64,000 nt of DNA from the IMG/VR virus record IMGVR_UViG_3300030419_001717, positions 6,373 through 70,372 of that record, one strand, 5' to 3'. The stretch is from a virus. The notes under the pieces were generated by a model. That model was not told where the DNA came from. It saw only the letters and a program-made list of their open reading frames with translations, and did no database searches. Positions 16,515 to 26,581 of this stretch are shown here, piece by piece (the stretch's first letter is position 1; each line of letters begins with the position of its first letter). Both the position numbers and the translations under genes were made by a program.

Positions 16515-16868
16515 TTATTCCATTGCTTCAAGCTTAGCTTTAAGCTCAGTCAATGAAATTCTTCCAGACTTTACAGCAGAAATTATACTTTCCGGCGTTG
16601 CGGACACTTTACCAGCTCCGAGTCTACGGGAAGCCTGTAAATCTATAATTCGACTTGTAATAGCTGAAGTAGTTTTATTAAACTCTTCAACACTCAAGAC
16701 GTCATTTAGAGCTACGAGGGTATCGTATTTAACTCCGACGGGTAGACGGCCCCCCTCTGACGCAGTGAATCCAAGCAAAGACATTAAGTTCTTTACTATT
16801 CCACTGTTGCGAGGTGCGGACAAATAATCCATTGCTGTGCTTTTCTGGGTTTCAGTTGTTTTTGGCAT
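16515..16868 (-). CDS. Hypothetical protein, lone minus-strand gene in the early region
   Basis: 117 aa with AGGAG SD and its own TATA (CTTTATATAC near 16910-16920). Confidence 0.75.
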   Translation of the reverse strand: MPKTTETQKSTAMDYLSAPRNSGIVKNLMSLLGFTASEGGRLPVGVKYDTLVALNDVLSVEEFNKTTSAITSRIIDLQASRRLGAGKVSATPESIISAVKSGRISLTELKAKLEAME

Positions 16869-17039
16869 TTTTTACACTCCTTTTCTGGTAAATTACAGAA
16901 GGTTTGAAAGTATATAAAGCTTGTGGTAGAAATCATATATAAAGCCCCTCGACCCTTTTATACCCCTGTATAGCTTCCGCTCACTACTTTTCGTTTTATC
17001 CGCACATGTGTAGATTTTAATACATGCAGTGGTATAGAG

Positions 17040-17460
17040 TTTATATCTTTAGCTCAATTAGGCTCTATAAAAACCTATCGGTTATAACGTCGTAATCGGT
17101 CGGTGAGAAATTTATATTTTTTAGGTGCTTAATGGAGCTTATAAACTTTATATTACTTTTTGAAAGCTCTATATCGCTCGTTGACTGGCTCTACTACGCA
17201 CAGCCCCCGTGAGAAACTGTATAAGGCACTGAGTTTCTTTCGTAATAGAGCATTTTCTTTTATACGTTTGCGTTAAAAAAAATACTATAAACAATACGTT
17301 GCTCTAATATTATAATTAAGCTCTATTAAGATATTAATAGGCTCTATTAAGCAATATATCTTTTGCTCTATTAAGATATATAATTATAGACCTATATAAA
17401 GCTTGTTCTAATATAGCTCTTAATAGAGCCTTATCTTAATATAGTTTAATATAGTCTCCC
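17040..17460. repeat. AT-rich region with GCTCTATTAAG-type repeats, candidate replication origin
   Basis: Direct copies near 17320, 17341 and 17365, an inverted copy near 17418, and several degenerate GCTCTA copies. Confidence 0.5.
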
Positions 17461-17584
17461 GTTTTTTTATAAGTGTGAGCGGGATTTGCATACCTTTAGC
17501 GTTGAGCACAAGTCTATACGTTTAGACCCCAAAAACCGCCGAAAGACTTAAATACTTTGAAACCGTCTATTATTTAGGTTAAAA

Positions 17585-17833
17585 ATGAGACAATCCAACG
17601 CCGAAATTAGAAAAATGCTTAGTGATATAACTCCAGAACAACTGCTATCTTTAATGGCAGAGATAAAGGGTAATGGAGTTAGAAAGATTGACACTTCAGT
17701 AAGGGAACGTAGGAACCAAAAGACTGCACTATACTTTAGTGTAGCACCACTACCTTACAAGTCAACCTACGAAGAATATAAAATGCACTCCGATAGTATA
17801 AGAGAGCAGGTTATATCAGGAGTAGATTTATAA
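17585..17833 (+). CDS. Hypothetical protein
   Basis: 82 aa, with a TTAAATA TATA box upstream. Confidence 0.7.
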   Translation: MRQSNAEIRKMLSDITPEQLLSLMAEIKGNGVRKIDTSVRERRNQKTALYFSVAPLPYKSTYEEYKMHSDSIREQVISGVDL

Positions 17834-18007
17834 TGTTATACGATACACCTTACGGTAGCTATACGTATAAAGAATTAATGGAGATAGTAAACGAACAATG
17901 AAACAAAGATTAGAAATGAGATATCCCTCAGCCAAACTAAAACTACTACTAATGAGAAAGTATCAAGATAGAATGGGTGACGGTAAGAACTATCAAAAGG
18001 ATGAATA

Positions 18008-18355
18008 ATGAGTGAGATAACGTTAGAAGATATAAGGTCAATGATTAGAGGTAAGAATAGATTCTCTTTAATCAGTGTAGATAATGACAGTGATAAGCAT
18101 TACCAAACTTGGGCTACGCTTGTGCAAAAGGTGTATCCTAATACAGGTGATAACTTATACGAAACACAAAGAGGAATGTCACGTATAAGGGAAACCCTTA
18201 GCGTAATGGAGCCTAATGATTTTAATAAGATAGTTAATACTCTTAAGAAATACGAGGTTAGTGGTAGTGTAAGACCTATCAGTGGAGTAAAGACCTACGC
18301 TTACGATAAGAGTAGATTAGATAACAGAATGTATAAGAGAAAGAGGTCCAACTAA
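18008..18355 (+). CDS. Hypothetical protein
   Basis: 115-aa ORF in the operon. Confidence 0.7.
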   Translation: MSEITLEDIRSMIRGKNRFSLISVDNDSDKHYQTWATLVQKVYPNTGDNLYETQRGMSRIRETLSVMEPNDFNKIVNTLKKYEVSGSVRPISGVKTYAYDKSRLDNRMYKRKRSN

Positions 18356-18651
18356 TGGATATAATAGATAGTTATAGTGTGACGTGCAAGGTATACGTAG
18401 GTGATAAAGAAATAGACGTAGAGTTGCCAGAGTATATCTATAATAGGATAGATACGTATATAACTGAATACGAAGAGTGGTTAAGAAGCGGATAAAGATA
18501 GAATGAAATTTGATGACACTGAGTTTCTTATACTCTTAGCAACATTACTGAAAGATATAGAGGTAAGCGAAAGCTTTAAAAAGGATGAGACTATTGTTAA
18601 GGTTGACGACGCTGAGATTTTCAAAGCTGAGAAAATGTATGAGGATATAAG

Positions 18652-19959
18652 ATGAGTAGTAGAAGTGAGAAGTTTGCTAAGTTAGGTGACTTAACAACTA
18701 AGCACGTTAAGTTAGAAGATAAGAAGAGATATCTTTGTGAGAGTATGGACCGCTTAGCTGAGGATGATATACACGCTAAAGAAGAATATCTTAGACAGAT
18801 AAGCGTAATAAACGTTGAGATTTCTATATTAGAAAAAGAAATAAAAGAGGTAAAAAGTATGTATAAAGAACATAGAAGGGATGAAGAATTCCCTACCGAT
18901 AAGTATGACGAGGACATATCCCCCGATGAAGTGGATAGATATGAAGCAAGGCGTATGTTTAGAGAGTTATTCGAAGATGACTATCGAGATATAAGATACG
19001 AGCTTGACTCGGATGATTGGGAAACATTAGCTATATTTTTAAATAAAGAGATGTATACCGAAGAAGAACCAGAAGAGGAACCTGAAATAGTGATAGACGA
19101 TTCCGTATTGGGTAAGCTTAAGGCAAGTGTAGCAATACCTGAAGAATTTAAGTTTGCAGATAATATGACGTTTTACACTATGCTTAGGAATATCTTTAGG
19201 AACAAGTATATACTTGTGACAGGTCCATCCGGATGTGGTAAATCATCCTTAGGTAAGATTTTAGCAGAGATAAGTAATAAACCTTTCCATCAGTTCAACT
19301 TTGGAGACACTATGAATCCTGCGGCTAAGCTATTAGGAGACACTAAGTATAATCAAGAGGATGGAACTTGGTTTAAACCATCTCGTTTTGTTTCAGCCTT
19401 ACAAGATAACAGTGGTTCTTTCATTATGCTTGATGAAGTGACAAGAGATAGGACAGGTGACTTAGGTAATATCCTTATGCCTGTGTTAGATGGTCAAAGA
19501 TATTTAGCATTAGATGAAAGTGATGACGCAGACATAGTGAAATTGGATAGGAACGTATTCTTTTTTGCTACGGCAAACATAGGTAGAGAATATCTTGGTG
19601 CGGCCACCGACTTAGATAGAGCTTGGAAAGATAGATTCACGGGTGGTATATATGAATTAGATTATCTACCACAAAAGAAAGAACAGGAACTATTAATGGT
19701 GCGTGTTCCTTCTATTGATGAAAATGATGCACGACGTATAACTGAGTTTGCTAAGAAGATTAGAGATTTGTATAAAGCAGAAGAGTTAAACGTAGCAGTT
19801 TCTACTCGTATGTGTTTAGCAGTAGCTGAATTAGTGGTAGATGGAATGACATTGCTTGAAGCATTAAAGCACACTGTCCTACCATTTTATCCTATCACTG
19901 CTGGAGATGACACTGATAGAGTTAAAGTAATTCAAGCAATACAATCAATGGGTGATTAA
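18652..19959 (+). CDS. MoxR/CbbQ/CobS-like AAA+ ATPase
   Basis: GPSGCGKS, IMLDE, FFATAN, LDRAWKDRF and VSTR motifs; acidic coiled-coil N-terminus. Confidence 0.9.
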   Translation: MSSRSEKFAKLGDLTTKHVKLEDKKRYLCESMDRLAEDDIHAKEEYLRQISVINVEISILEKEIKEVKSMYKEHRRDEEFPTDKYDEDISPDEVDRYEARRMFRELFEDDYRDIRYELDSDDWETLAIFLNKEMYTEEEPEEEPEIVIDDSVLGKLKASVAIPEEFKFADNMTFYTMLRNIFRNKYILVTGPSGCGKSSLGKILAEISNKPFHQFNFGDTMNPAAKLLGDTKYNQEDGTWFKPSRFVSALQDNSGSFIMLDEVTRDRTGDLGNILMPVLDGQRYLALDESDDADIVKLDRNVFFFATANIGREYLGAATDLDRAWKDRFTGGIYELDYLPQKKEQELLMVRVPSIDENDARRITEFAKKIRDLYKAEELNVAVSTRMCLAVAELVVDGMTLLEALKHTVLPFYPITAGDDTDRVKVIQAIQSMGD

Positions 19960-20365
19960 TATGGCTAAAAGAGTCAGACCTAAGAAACATTTGTATTGGC
20001 ATAGTCAGGCGAAAGTCCTATTAGAACATGGAATGACTCCTACTAATGTAGCTAAAGCCTTAAAGGTAGTATACCCACAAGGGGAAATTACAGGTAGGCA
20101 CGTTGGAGGATATAAACGTAGACTAATTAACGATGATATGTTAACGAAAGGACTTCCACTTACTATTGATATGCAAGATGCAATAGGAATGGTAGAAGGA
20201 TTAGTTGGAGAAGATGATAGGTTTATCTATCATTGCACAATAGGTTCAGCTAAAAGAACACTAAAATGTTTTGAATATAAAATGTTAAAAGAATTAGTAG
20301 ATGAAAAAGCTGAAGAGGATATAGAAGAATGGTTATCAAACACGAACCACACTACACTGATATAG
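19952..20365 (+). CDS. Hypothetical protein, possible HTH
   Basis: GMTPTNVAKAL...ITGRHVGGYKRR resembles a helix-turn-helix. Confidence 0.55.
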   Translation: MINMAKRVRPKKHLYWHSQAKVLLEHGMTPTNVAKALKVVYPQGEITGRHVGGYKRRLINDDMLTKGLPLTIDMQDAIGMVEGLVGEDDRFIYHCTIGSAKRTLKCFEYKMLKELVDEKAEEDIEEWLSNTNHTTLI

Positions 20366-22482
20366 ATAGTTGGGCTGACGTAGCCGACGACGATTACTGC
20401 TACGAATGTAGTAAGTGGATTGAAGCAACATCAGAGGACTGTTGTCCTATATGTGAAACACCACTGAACTACGATGATGAGTATACGTCTGCGATGACAG
20501 CAAAGACATCATTATCTGATGCACCAAAGGTAAATACATACACCGGAGACATATGGAATCGGGGTAAGTCCTACGTTTGGGGCGGAGGTAATAGCTGGTG
20601 GAACAGTGGTAGTTCTGCATATACCGGTGGAGTATCGAGTATGTGGGGTAGTTGGAGTAGTAGTCATAATTCTGAAGATACTGCTTCTCGACTGCTTAAG
20701 CATAAGAGACATTTAGATTCTTTATGTAAAGTTGTAGACCCAACAGTAGCTCATAAGTTAGATTATAACTTTCATGGAAAAAATTATTCAGATTTGAATA
20801 GAGGAGTTATACGTATAGACGGCAGTCTACTGAAGGAAAGTGATGATAACTTAGACATATGTGCTGGTTTAGCCATACATGAAAAGTTGCATCTTATCCA
20901 TAGTAAACCATTATTGAAATGGGAAAGAGATTATAACTATTCTAATAATATGGACCACGCTGAAAAGAATTTATTACATACTATTGCTAATACAGTAGAA
21001 GATGAATATATAGAAAAGCAGTTAGCTAAAGATAATGCTGGTTTCGTGACATATATAGCTGAAGTAAAGAAACACTTCTTTGATACAGAGATGGAAGATA
21101 AGCTTCTAAAGGAAGGACAGAATGAGTTTATGGATATACTCAACACTCTGTTAGCTTTTGTTAGATGGCCTATCGAACTGAGTGCTGAACGTAAACGTAA
21201 ACATGCTAAACATATAAGATATTTCGCACGAGCATTAGCGACAGGATTAGATAGTAGAGACAATACTTTCAAATGTATAGAATCTTTGTATATGTATCTT
21301 AAAGAAATAGCTAAAAGAATGGCTAAAGAGAAAGGCGAAGAAGGTATAGATGATGAAGTTAAAGAAGAGTTAGAAAGGCTTACTGATAGTATGAGTGATT
21401 CTGATGAGATGTCTGAAGAAGAAACGGAAGCAATGAAAGATGCTATCCGTAAGAGTATAGAAAGAAAAAGAGAACGTATGTCTGATGTAGCCAAAGCGAT
21501 AGACTCTGATGAACTACGTGACTTAGCAAAGGTAGTAGACTATAACGAAAAAGCCATAGAAGATACGTTAGATGAAGAGTTAGCAGAAGCTATTAAAGAG
21601 CTTGAAGATGAAGATTTTCATGAAGAAGATATAAAGGATGTAGGTCTTATATATAAGAACCAAAGGAAAATCACTTGGCGTAAAGCACGTAGTGATGACC
21701 ATGCTAAAGATAGATATATCTTTGAATCTAAGAAGATGAAGAAACAATCTAATCAGTTAAAGCGTAAGATAGACTTATATGGTAATACTCAAAAACATAT
21801 CATACGTAATCAAAAGCGTGGTAAGATAGATAAAAGAATGCTTCATAGGATACCTGCTGGTCGTATGGATTTATTTAAGAATGATATAATTCAAGATGAT
21901 AAACCATTAGACATATGTATATTGGTAGATGAATCAGGTAGTATGGGTTCATGGAAAATGGAGATGGCCAGACAATCAGCCATAGCAACCAAAGAAGCTT
22001 TAGAAGATAACCCTAAGTTAAACTTATGGGTGTTTGGACATACAGCTGATGGTGAAAAAGGATGGCATACTGACACAGGGTCAACTAATATGACTGAATA
22101 TTATTCACCACGTATGAAAGATAGACCCTTTGCAATAGGTAATATGAGGGCCAGATATGAAAACCGTGATGGTAATGCAATATATGCGGCCGCTGAAAAG
22201 GTTAGTAAGGAATCCGAACAACCTATGTCTAACAAGCTTATGATTATATACTCCGACGGACAACCAGCCGCTGATAGATATGGTGGTATGGATAGTAGGA
22301 GACACGTAAGAAAAGTAGTAAGCTACTTAGAGGCTAAAGGATGGGCCATTATACAAGTAGGTATAAGTGGTGCAAACGAATGGTGTCAGAAAGAAATGTT
22401 TACTAATCATATAATGGTTAATGATATAGAGAATCTTGCTCCAGAAGTAAGTAAAGTAATAAGGAGGGTGATAAAAGTATGA
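20329..22482 (+). CDS. VWA-domain protein (CobT-like MoxR partner) with HExxH motif
   Basis: MIDAS DESGSM, SDGQP, HEKLH...EDEYIE, and an N-terminal CxxC..CPxC. Confidence 0.88.
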   Translation: MVIKHEPHYTDIDSWADVADDDYCYECSKWIEATSEDCCPICETPLNYDDEYTSAMTAKTSLSDAPKVNTYTGDIWNRGKSYVWGGGNSWWNSGSSAYTGGVSSMWGSWSSSHNSEDTASRLLKHKRHLDSLCKVVDPTVAHKLDYNFHGKNYSDLNRGVIRIDGSLLKESDDNLDICAGLAIHEKLHLIHSKPLLKWERDYNYSNNMDHAEKNLLHTIANTVEDEYIEKQLAKDNAGFVTYIAEVKKHFFDTEMEDKLLKEGQNEFMDILNTLLAFVRWPIELSAERKRKHAKHIRYFARALATGLDSRDNTFKCIESLYMYLKEIAKRMAKEKGEEGIDDEVKEELERLTDSMSDSDEMSEEETEAMKDAIRKSIERKRERMSDVAKAIDSDELRDLAKVVDYNEKAIEDTLDEELAEAIKELEDEDFHEEDIKDVGLIYKNQRKITWRKARSDDHAKDRYIFESKKMKKQSNQLKRKIDLYGNTQKHIIRNQKRGKIDKRMLHRIPAGRMDLFKNDIIQDDKPLDICILVDESGSMGSWKMEMARQSAIATKEALEDNPKLNLWVFGHTADGEKGWHTDTGSTNMTEYYSPRMKDRPFAIGNMRARYENRDGNAIYAAAEKVSKESEQPMSNKLMIIYSDGQPAADRYGGMDSRRHVRKVVSYLEAKGWAIIQVGISGANEWCQKEMFTNHIMVNDIENLAPEVSKVIRRVIKV

Positions 22483-22595
22483 ACACAGTATTATGTAATA
22501 CGTGCCGATGTAAGTTAGCACTAAACTATGTAAGATATAGAGATACTGCGGGTAATCCATATTGCCACGTATGCTATCAGAGGTTATTGATATAA
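22479..22595 (+). CDS. 38-aa zinc-finger microprotein
   Basis: CNTC...CHVC; ATGA and TAATG overlaps with both neighbours. Confidence 0.65.
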   Translation: MNTVLCNTCRCKLALNYVRYRDTAGNPYCHVCYQRLLI

Positions 22596-23080
22596 TGCAA
22601 ACTTTCTTACCCGTAGCTGACTTTAGAAAGTCAGCCAAAATGTTAGATTATAAACGCTTAGGTAAGCAAAGAGTAGAAGGTATGCAACTACTTAACGCTA
22701 TGCAACCCGATTATGATAAAAAAGGTTGGCTTAAACATCCTGCAAAGATAATGTGGGAAGGTTATCAAGACATGCTTAAGAAGTATGTTAACGTTATGAT
22801 AGAAGAGTGGATTAGTAGAGGATATAACAATACAATGCAGTTCTATGAGTATGACGCATCTGCACCTATGCCTGATTGGATAGGTAATGACAAGATACAC
22901 AAGTCACATAGACTCAATCTATTGCGTAAAGATTTCCAATACTATTCACAGATATGGCCCGAAGAAGCTATACAGTATGCATTTGAAATAGAATCATATC
23001 CTTACTATTGGCCTGTTGGTGATAAGTTTAGAGTATCTACTCCAGATAGAACAGGAACCAGATGGGAGAGTGAATTATGA
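22595..23080 (+). CDS. Pyrimidine-dimer DNA glycosylase/endonuclease V-like protein
   Basis: MQTFLP...LD.KRLGKQRVE..Q, HPA..MW.GY, SHR.NLLRKD and Y.WP motifs. Confidence 0.88.
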   Translation: MQTFLPVADFRKSAKMLDYKRLGKQRVEGMQLLNAMQPDYDKKGWLKHPAKIMWEGYQDMLKKYVNVMIEEWISRGYNNTMQFYEYDASAPMPDWIGNDKIHKSHRLNLLRKDFQYYSQIWPEEAIQYAFEIESYPYYWPVGDKFRVSTPDRTGTRWESEL

Positions 23081-23303
23081 GTAGTTATTGGACTGAAGAT
23101 AGAAAACAGAGAGTAGTAGATTATATCTCTGGGTTTATCTTTGGATATTGTATAGGGATGATAGTAGGAGTATGGATTCTATAATAGAAAGATTAAAAGC
23201 TATATGGAGTAATCCACGTGACATACAAGAAGCTGAATGGTATATACTAATAGGCTTCTTTATTATGATATGGATGTGGATGTTTATATGGCACGGTTCT
23301 TAA
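23077..23303 (+). CDS. Two single-TM microproteins (23077-23184, 23172-23303)
   Basis: 35 and 43 aa, hydrophobic C-termini, overlapping. Confidence 0.55.
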
Positions 23304-23314
23304 ACAAGGTGATA

Positions 23315-23382
23315 GGATAGAAGTGACAACCTTATTTCTTAAACAGTTGTTTGGCTCATTTTACCTCTCGTTGCTTCTATCC
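23315..23382 (+). ncRNA. Hairpin with an anti-SD/anti-AUG loop
   Basis: 13-bp stem GGATAGAAGTGAC/GTTGCTTCTATCC; the loop contains CATTTTACCTC. Confidence 0.5.
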
Positions 23383-23388
23383 CACTAA

Positions 23389-23953
23389 ATGTGGTAGAGA
23401 CCTGAATCATACGCCCCAAAGTCGCTGAGAAAGATATAATGACTGAGCCACATGATATGGCCCAAACAGGTGAGATATACATCTGATGCTATAAGCAGAC
23501 GATACACATCTCTGGAAAACTGTCGTTATATCTGTGTCGCTGGTGAGGAATATAACTATTGAAACACCTGAAGCAGTTATGCAGATGGACTGAATCCCGT
23601 AGAGATTCTATACAGTAGAAACTATTGGACCTTTAGTTATATATGTATACCGTCGTTGGACAAGAATGGATACGCAGAACGCTACGTTGGATAGCGTCAA
23701 TACGCAAGTTATACTTAGACCGGACACTTAGTAGGTGAGTAGCGGTATGGATGCTACTCATAAAGAGAACCAAACGTAGGAGGTATAACCTGACTACCCT
23801 GTCTTATGGTTATACAGCTAATCATTATGCACTACCTATGTGTCAAGCGAACCTACTAAACATATAGCATGGACCCGTTGTCAAGGAGTAAGCTGTAAGG
23901 CCCGCATAGGGCGAGTGATAAACAAGGACATATTCGTCGGTGAGAAGCACATC
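23389..23953 (+). ncRNA. Candidate large structured ncRNA 3 (about 565 nt)
   Basis: ORF-free gap in a dense operon; stems GATATAATGAC/GTCGTTATATC, TGAGTAGCG/TGCTACTCA, TTAGTAGGT/ACCTACTAA, ACGCTA/TAGCGT, GAATAT/ATATTC. Confidence 0.65.
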
Positions 23954-24151
23954 TATATATGCTTAGTTTTGTTTGGGGTTATATCTCTCTCTACCACAAA
24001 CTTTAAATAGATATTTGATATATATTGAAATAACAAATGGAGGTTTTGAAAAAATGGTAAGAGAATTTATAGTATGGTTAGATAAAAAATTCGGTTTTAG
24101 TAGTAAGAAACTAATGATAAGACCCAGAAAATATAACAAAGGTAAATAAAC

Positions 24152-24427
24152 ATGAGACAAATGAAAGAAAGTAACATCGAACAGATGACAACAATAAGCG
24201 GTGATATAAAAGACACCGATGATAGCGAAGAAGGTCGTATGCTTAAACGTATACGAGAAGCAGAAGAAATGATAGGCACCATAGCTGAGATTATATGGGC
24301 ACAGGAGCCACTAAGATTTCAGGACCAATGGCTTGAACATATAATGGCTAAGGGTATATGGGCACCTGACCCAGACTTAGTAGAGGGTATGAAGAAGGAG
24401 GAAGAAGATGGTGACGACGAAGAGTGA
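24152..24427 (+). CDS. Acidic hypothetical protein
   Basis: 91-aa ORF. Confidence 0.7.
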   Translation: MRQMKESNIEQMTTISGDIKDTDDSEEGRMLKRIREAEEMIGTIAEIIWAQEPLRFQDQWLEHIMAKGIWAPDPDLVEGMKKEEEDGDDEE

Positions 24428-24711
24428 AGCTATACATATACTTCACCTACTCAAACAGTATATGACACCAAGAGTTATGTCTATGTTTATCGCAGACTTA
24501 GATTTTGAAGTAGCTGAGAATACTGATAACGAGTCTTTAAGAGATAGTATAAAGATGGTTAGGGATTATATGCGTGATTCACAATGAAAGTAGTAGTAGA
24601 TAATGTAGAGATATTAGATATAACTCTCGGTTTATATGGTAATGTTTTTGTGCGTGTTAAAGATATTGATGGATATGAATATGCAGGTGAGCTAACAGAA
24701 GTGGAGAAAGA

Positions 24712-25572
24712 ATGATAGATAGACCAAAGTTTAAAGAATTGATATATAGAGCTGAGAGAGAGATACCTATTAGATATGATATGGTCCAATTAAAAATGGA
24801 TGGTATATGGGGTTGTCTCGTTATAAATAATGGAACGTGGAGAATATTCTCACGAACAGGTAAAGAGAAACGTAAAGGTGAGTTTCCTGATAAGAAAGCA
24901 GATGCAATATTATTAGGTGAATTCATGTATGGTTCCCATTGGGGACATATGCGTGGTTTAGATGGTGAGTTTTATATTTTTGATTGTCTAAGATATAGAG
25001 GTAAAGATTTAAAAGATAGAGACCTTAAGCATAGATTAGTTGTAGCTGACTTAGCGTGGCAAGAATACAAAAAAGATTTAGAGTGGCTTGATATATTACA
25101 AAATTATGAGTTAGAAGATTGGCCTCACTTATGGGACCATGAAATCCTTGAAGAAGGATATGAAGGTCTTGTGTTTAAGGATAGCACAAGTGAGTATTCT
25201 GATAAAGGTGCGTGGGCAAGAATGAAAGCTGTTGTAGAAATAGAATATATCTGCCACGCATTTAGACCAGCCGATGAAGGCACAAGGTATGAGGGACAAG
25301 TAGGTGCAGTGATAGGAACACTACATGATAAAGAAGTATATGTGACGTGTGGTGGTCTTACAGATGAGATGCGTCTTGAGTTTACTAACAACCCTGAGCC
25401 TTATATCGGACAAGTGTTTAAAGCAAAAGGTAATACGTGGTATCCATCTGGAAGCTTAAGACATCCCAAGTTTATGCATTGGAGGGATGATAAAGAACCA
25501 ATAGAATGCACGTATGACCAAATACCTGAGAGTATAAGAGAAGGTCTGGCAAAAGCATATGTTTCTCGATAA
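24712..25572 (+). CDS. lig: ATP-dependent DNA ligase
   Basis: KMDG motif I, ILLGE, IFDCL, EGLVFK, and an OB-fold ending SLRHPKF..WRDDK. Confidence 0.92.
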   Translation: MIDRPKFKELIYRAEREIPIRYDMVQLKMDGIWGCLVINNGTWRIFSRTGKEKRKGEFPDKKADAILLGEFMYGSHWGHMRGLDGEFYIFDCLRYRGKDLKDRDLKHRLVVADLAWQEYKKDLEWLDILQNYELEDWPHLWDHEILEEGYEGLVFKDSTSEYSDKGAWARMKAVVEIEYICHAFRPADEGTRYEGQVGAVIGTLHDKEVYVTCGGLTDEMRLEFTNNPEPYIGQVFKAKGNTWYPSGSLRHPKFMHWRDDKEPIECTYDQIPESIREGLAKAYVSR

Positions 25573-25660
25573 GTATTGTAAAGGATGTGGTAAACGAATA
25601 TCATTAGCAGAGTCTGAGTTATATTGGGGTTACTGTAATAGGTGTATAGTAAAGCACTAA
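25559..25660 (+). CDS. 33-aa zinc-finger microprotein
   Basis: CKGC...CNRC. Confidence 0.55.
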   Translation: MFLDKYCKGCGKRISLAESELYWGYCNRCIVKH

Positions 25661-25759
25661 GCTCTATTACACAAGCTTTATATATCTCCCTATAGTATTA
25701 CTATATAGAGCATAGTTCTATAACGTTCATGTTCTAATATATTAGCGTAGTGATGCTGT

Positions 25760-26263
25760 ATGGGAAAGAAAGACACAGGAAAGAACTTTGAAAACGAAAT
25801 ACGTAGGAGCCTTAAATCATCTAAACATATATGGTGGTTTAGAATACAAGATACAAATGACATTAACCGATTCGTTAAGATTGCTGTTGCAGAAAAACAA
25901 CCAGCCGACTTCTTTACAGTATACAGAGGAAGACCTATTATGCTTGAAGCTAAAACAAGCAGGAATCTTACTTCTTTTCCTTTATATTATGGTAGTGGCC
26001 GTGCTATCGCTAAGCATCAGATAGATGAAGGGATTAGCTTAGAGAGAAAGGGCGGAGTATCGCTTATACTAATAAGAAGAGAGGAGTATAGAAATAAAAA
26101 AGTTTATGCTATTACACCAAGCCAAGCGAGATATCTTTACAGTAAAAAGATAAAGAAGAAATCAATTAAGTGGGCGTGGTTTGAAGAACATGCATATATC
26201 GTTGAAAGATTAAAGGCACCATTAAGATGGAATTTACAAAAGTTATTTGAAGAAGCAATATAA
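25760..26263 (+). CDS. Holliday junction resolvase (RecU/Hjc-like PD-(D/E)XK)
   Basis: GKNFE, PADF, MLEAK and HQI motifs. Confidence 0.82.
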   Translation: MGKKDTGKNFENEIRRSLKSSKHIWWFRIQDTNDINRFVKIAVAEKQPADFFTVYRGRPIMLEAKTSRNLTSFPLYYGSGRAIAKHQIDEGISLERKGGVSLILIRREEYRNKKVYAITPSQARYLYSKKIKKKSIKWAWFEEHAYIVERLKAPLRWNLQKLFEEAI

Positions 26264-26581
26264 AAGAAGCAAAGTTATATATAAGAGAGGATAATAAATA
26301 GAAGTATGAAGAAGAAAGTGGCAAAGATACCATATGAAGGATATACTCTTCCACCTAGTGCAGAAAAGGGTGGTAGTTTTGTAGACTTCAAACAAGCATA
26401 TAAAGAGGCACCAACTAAAGTGCCGGTAAAAAGAATAAAGGTAGTGAAACGTGGAAAGAAAAGAAGCAAAGTGGGTTCTCGCTAAACATATACACAAACG
26501 ACTCTGGGAAGAGAACTGTCTCAGTGATTGGGGTAAGTATGTTGTTCAAGTAGAAACTATAGAAGAATGGATGGATGAAGC

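Noticed and set aside
23389-23953. Self-splicing intron
   Set aside because: Flanking genes look complete, and no group I core or group II domain V consensus was recognised; not fully excluded.
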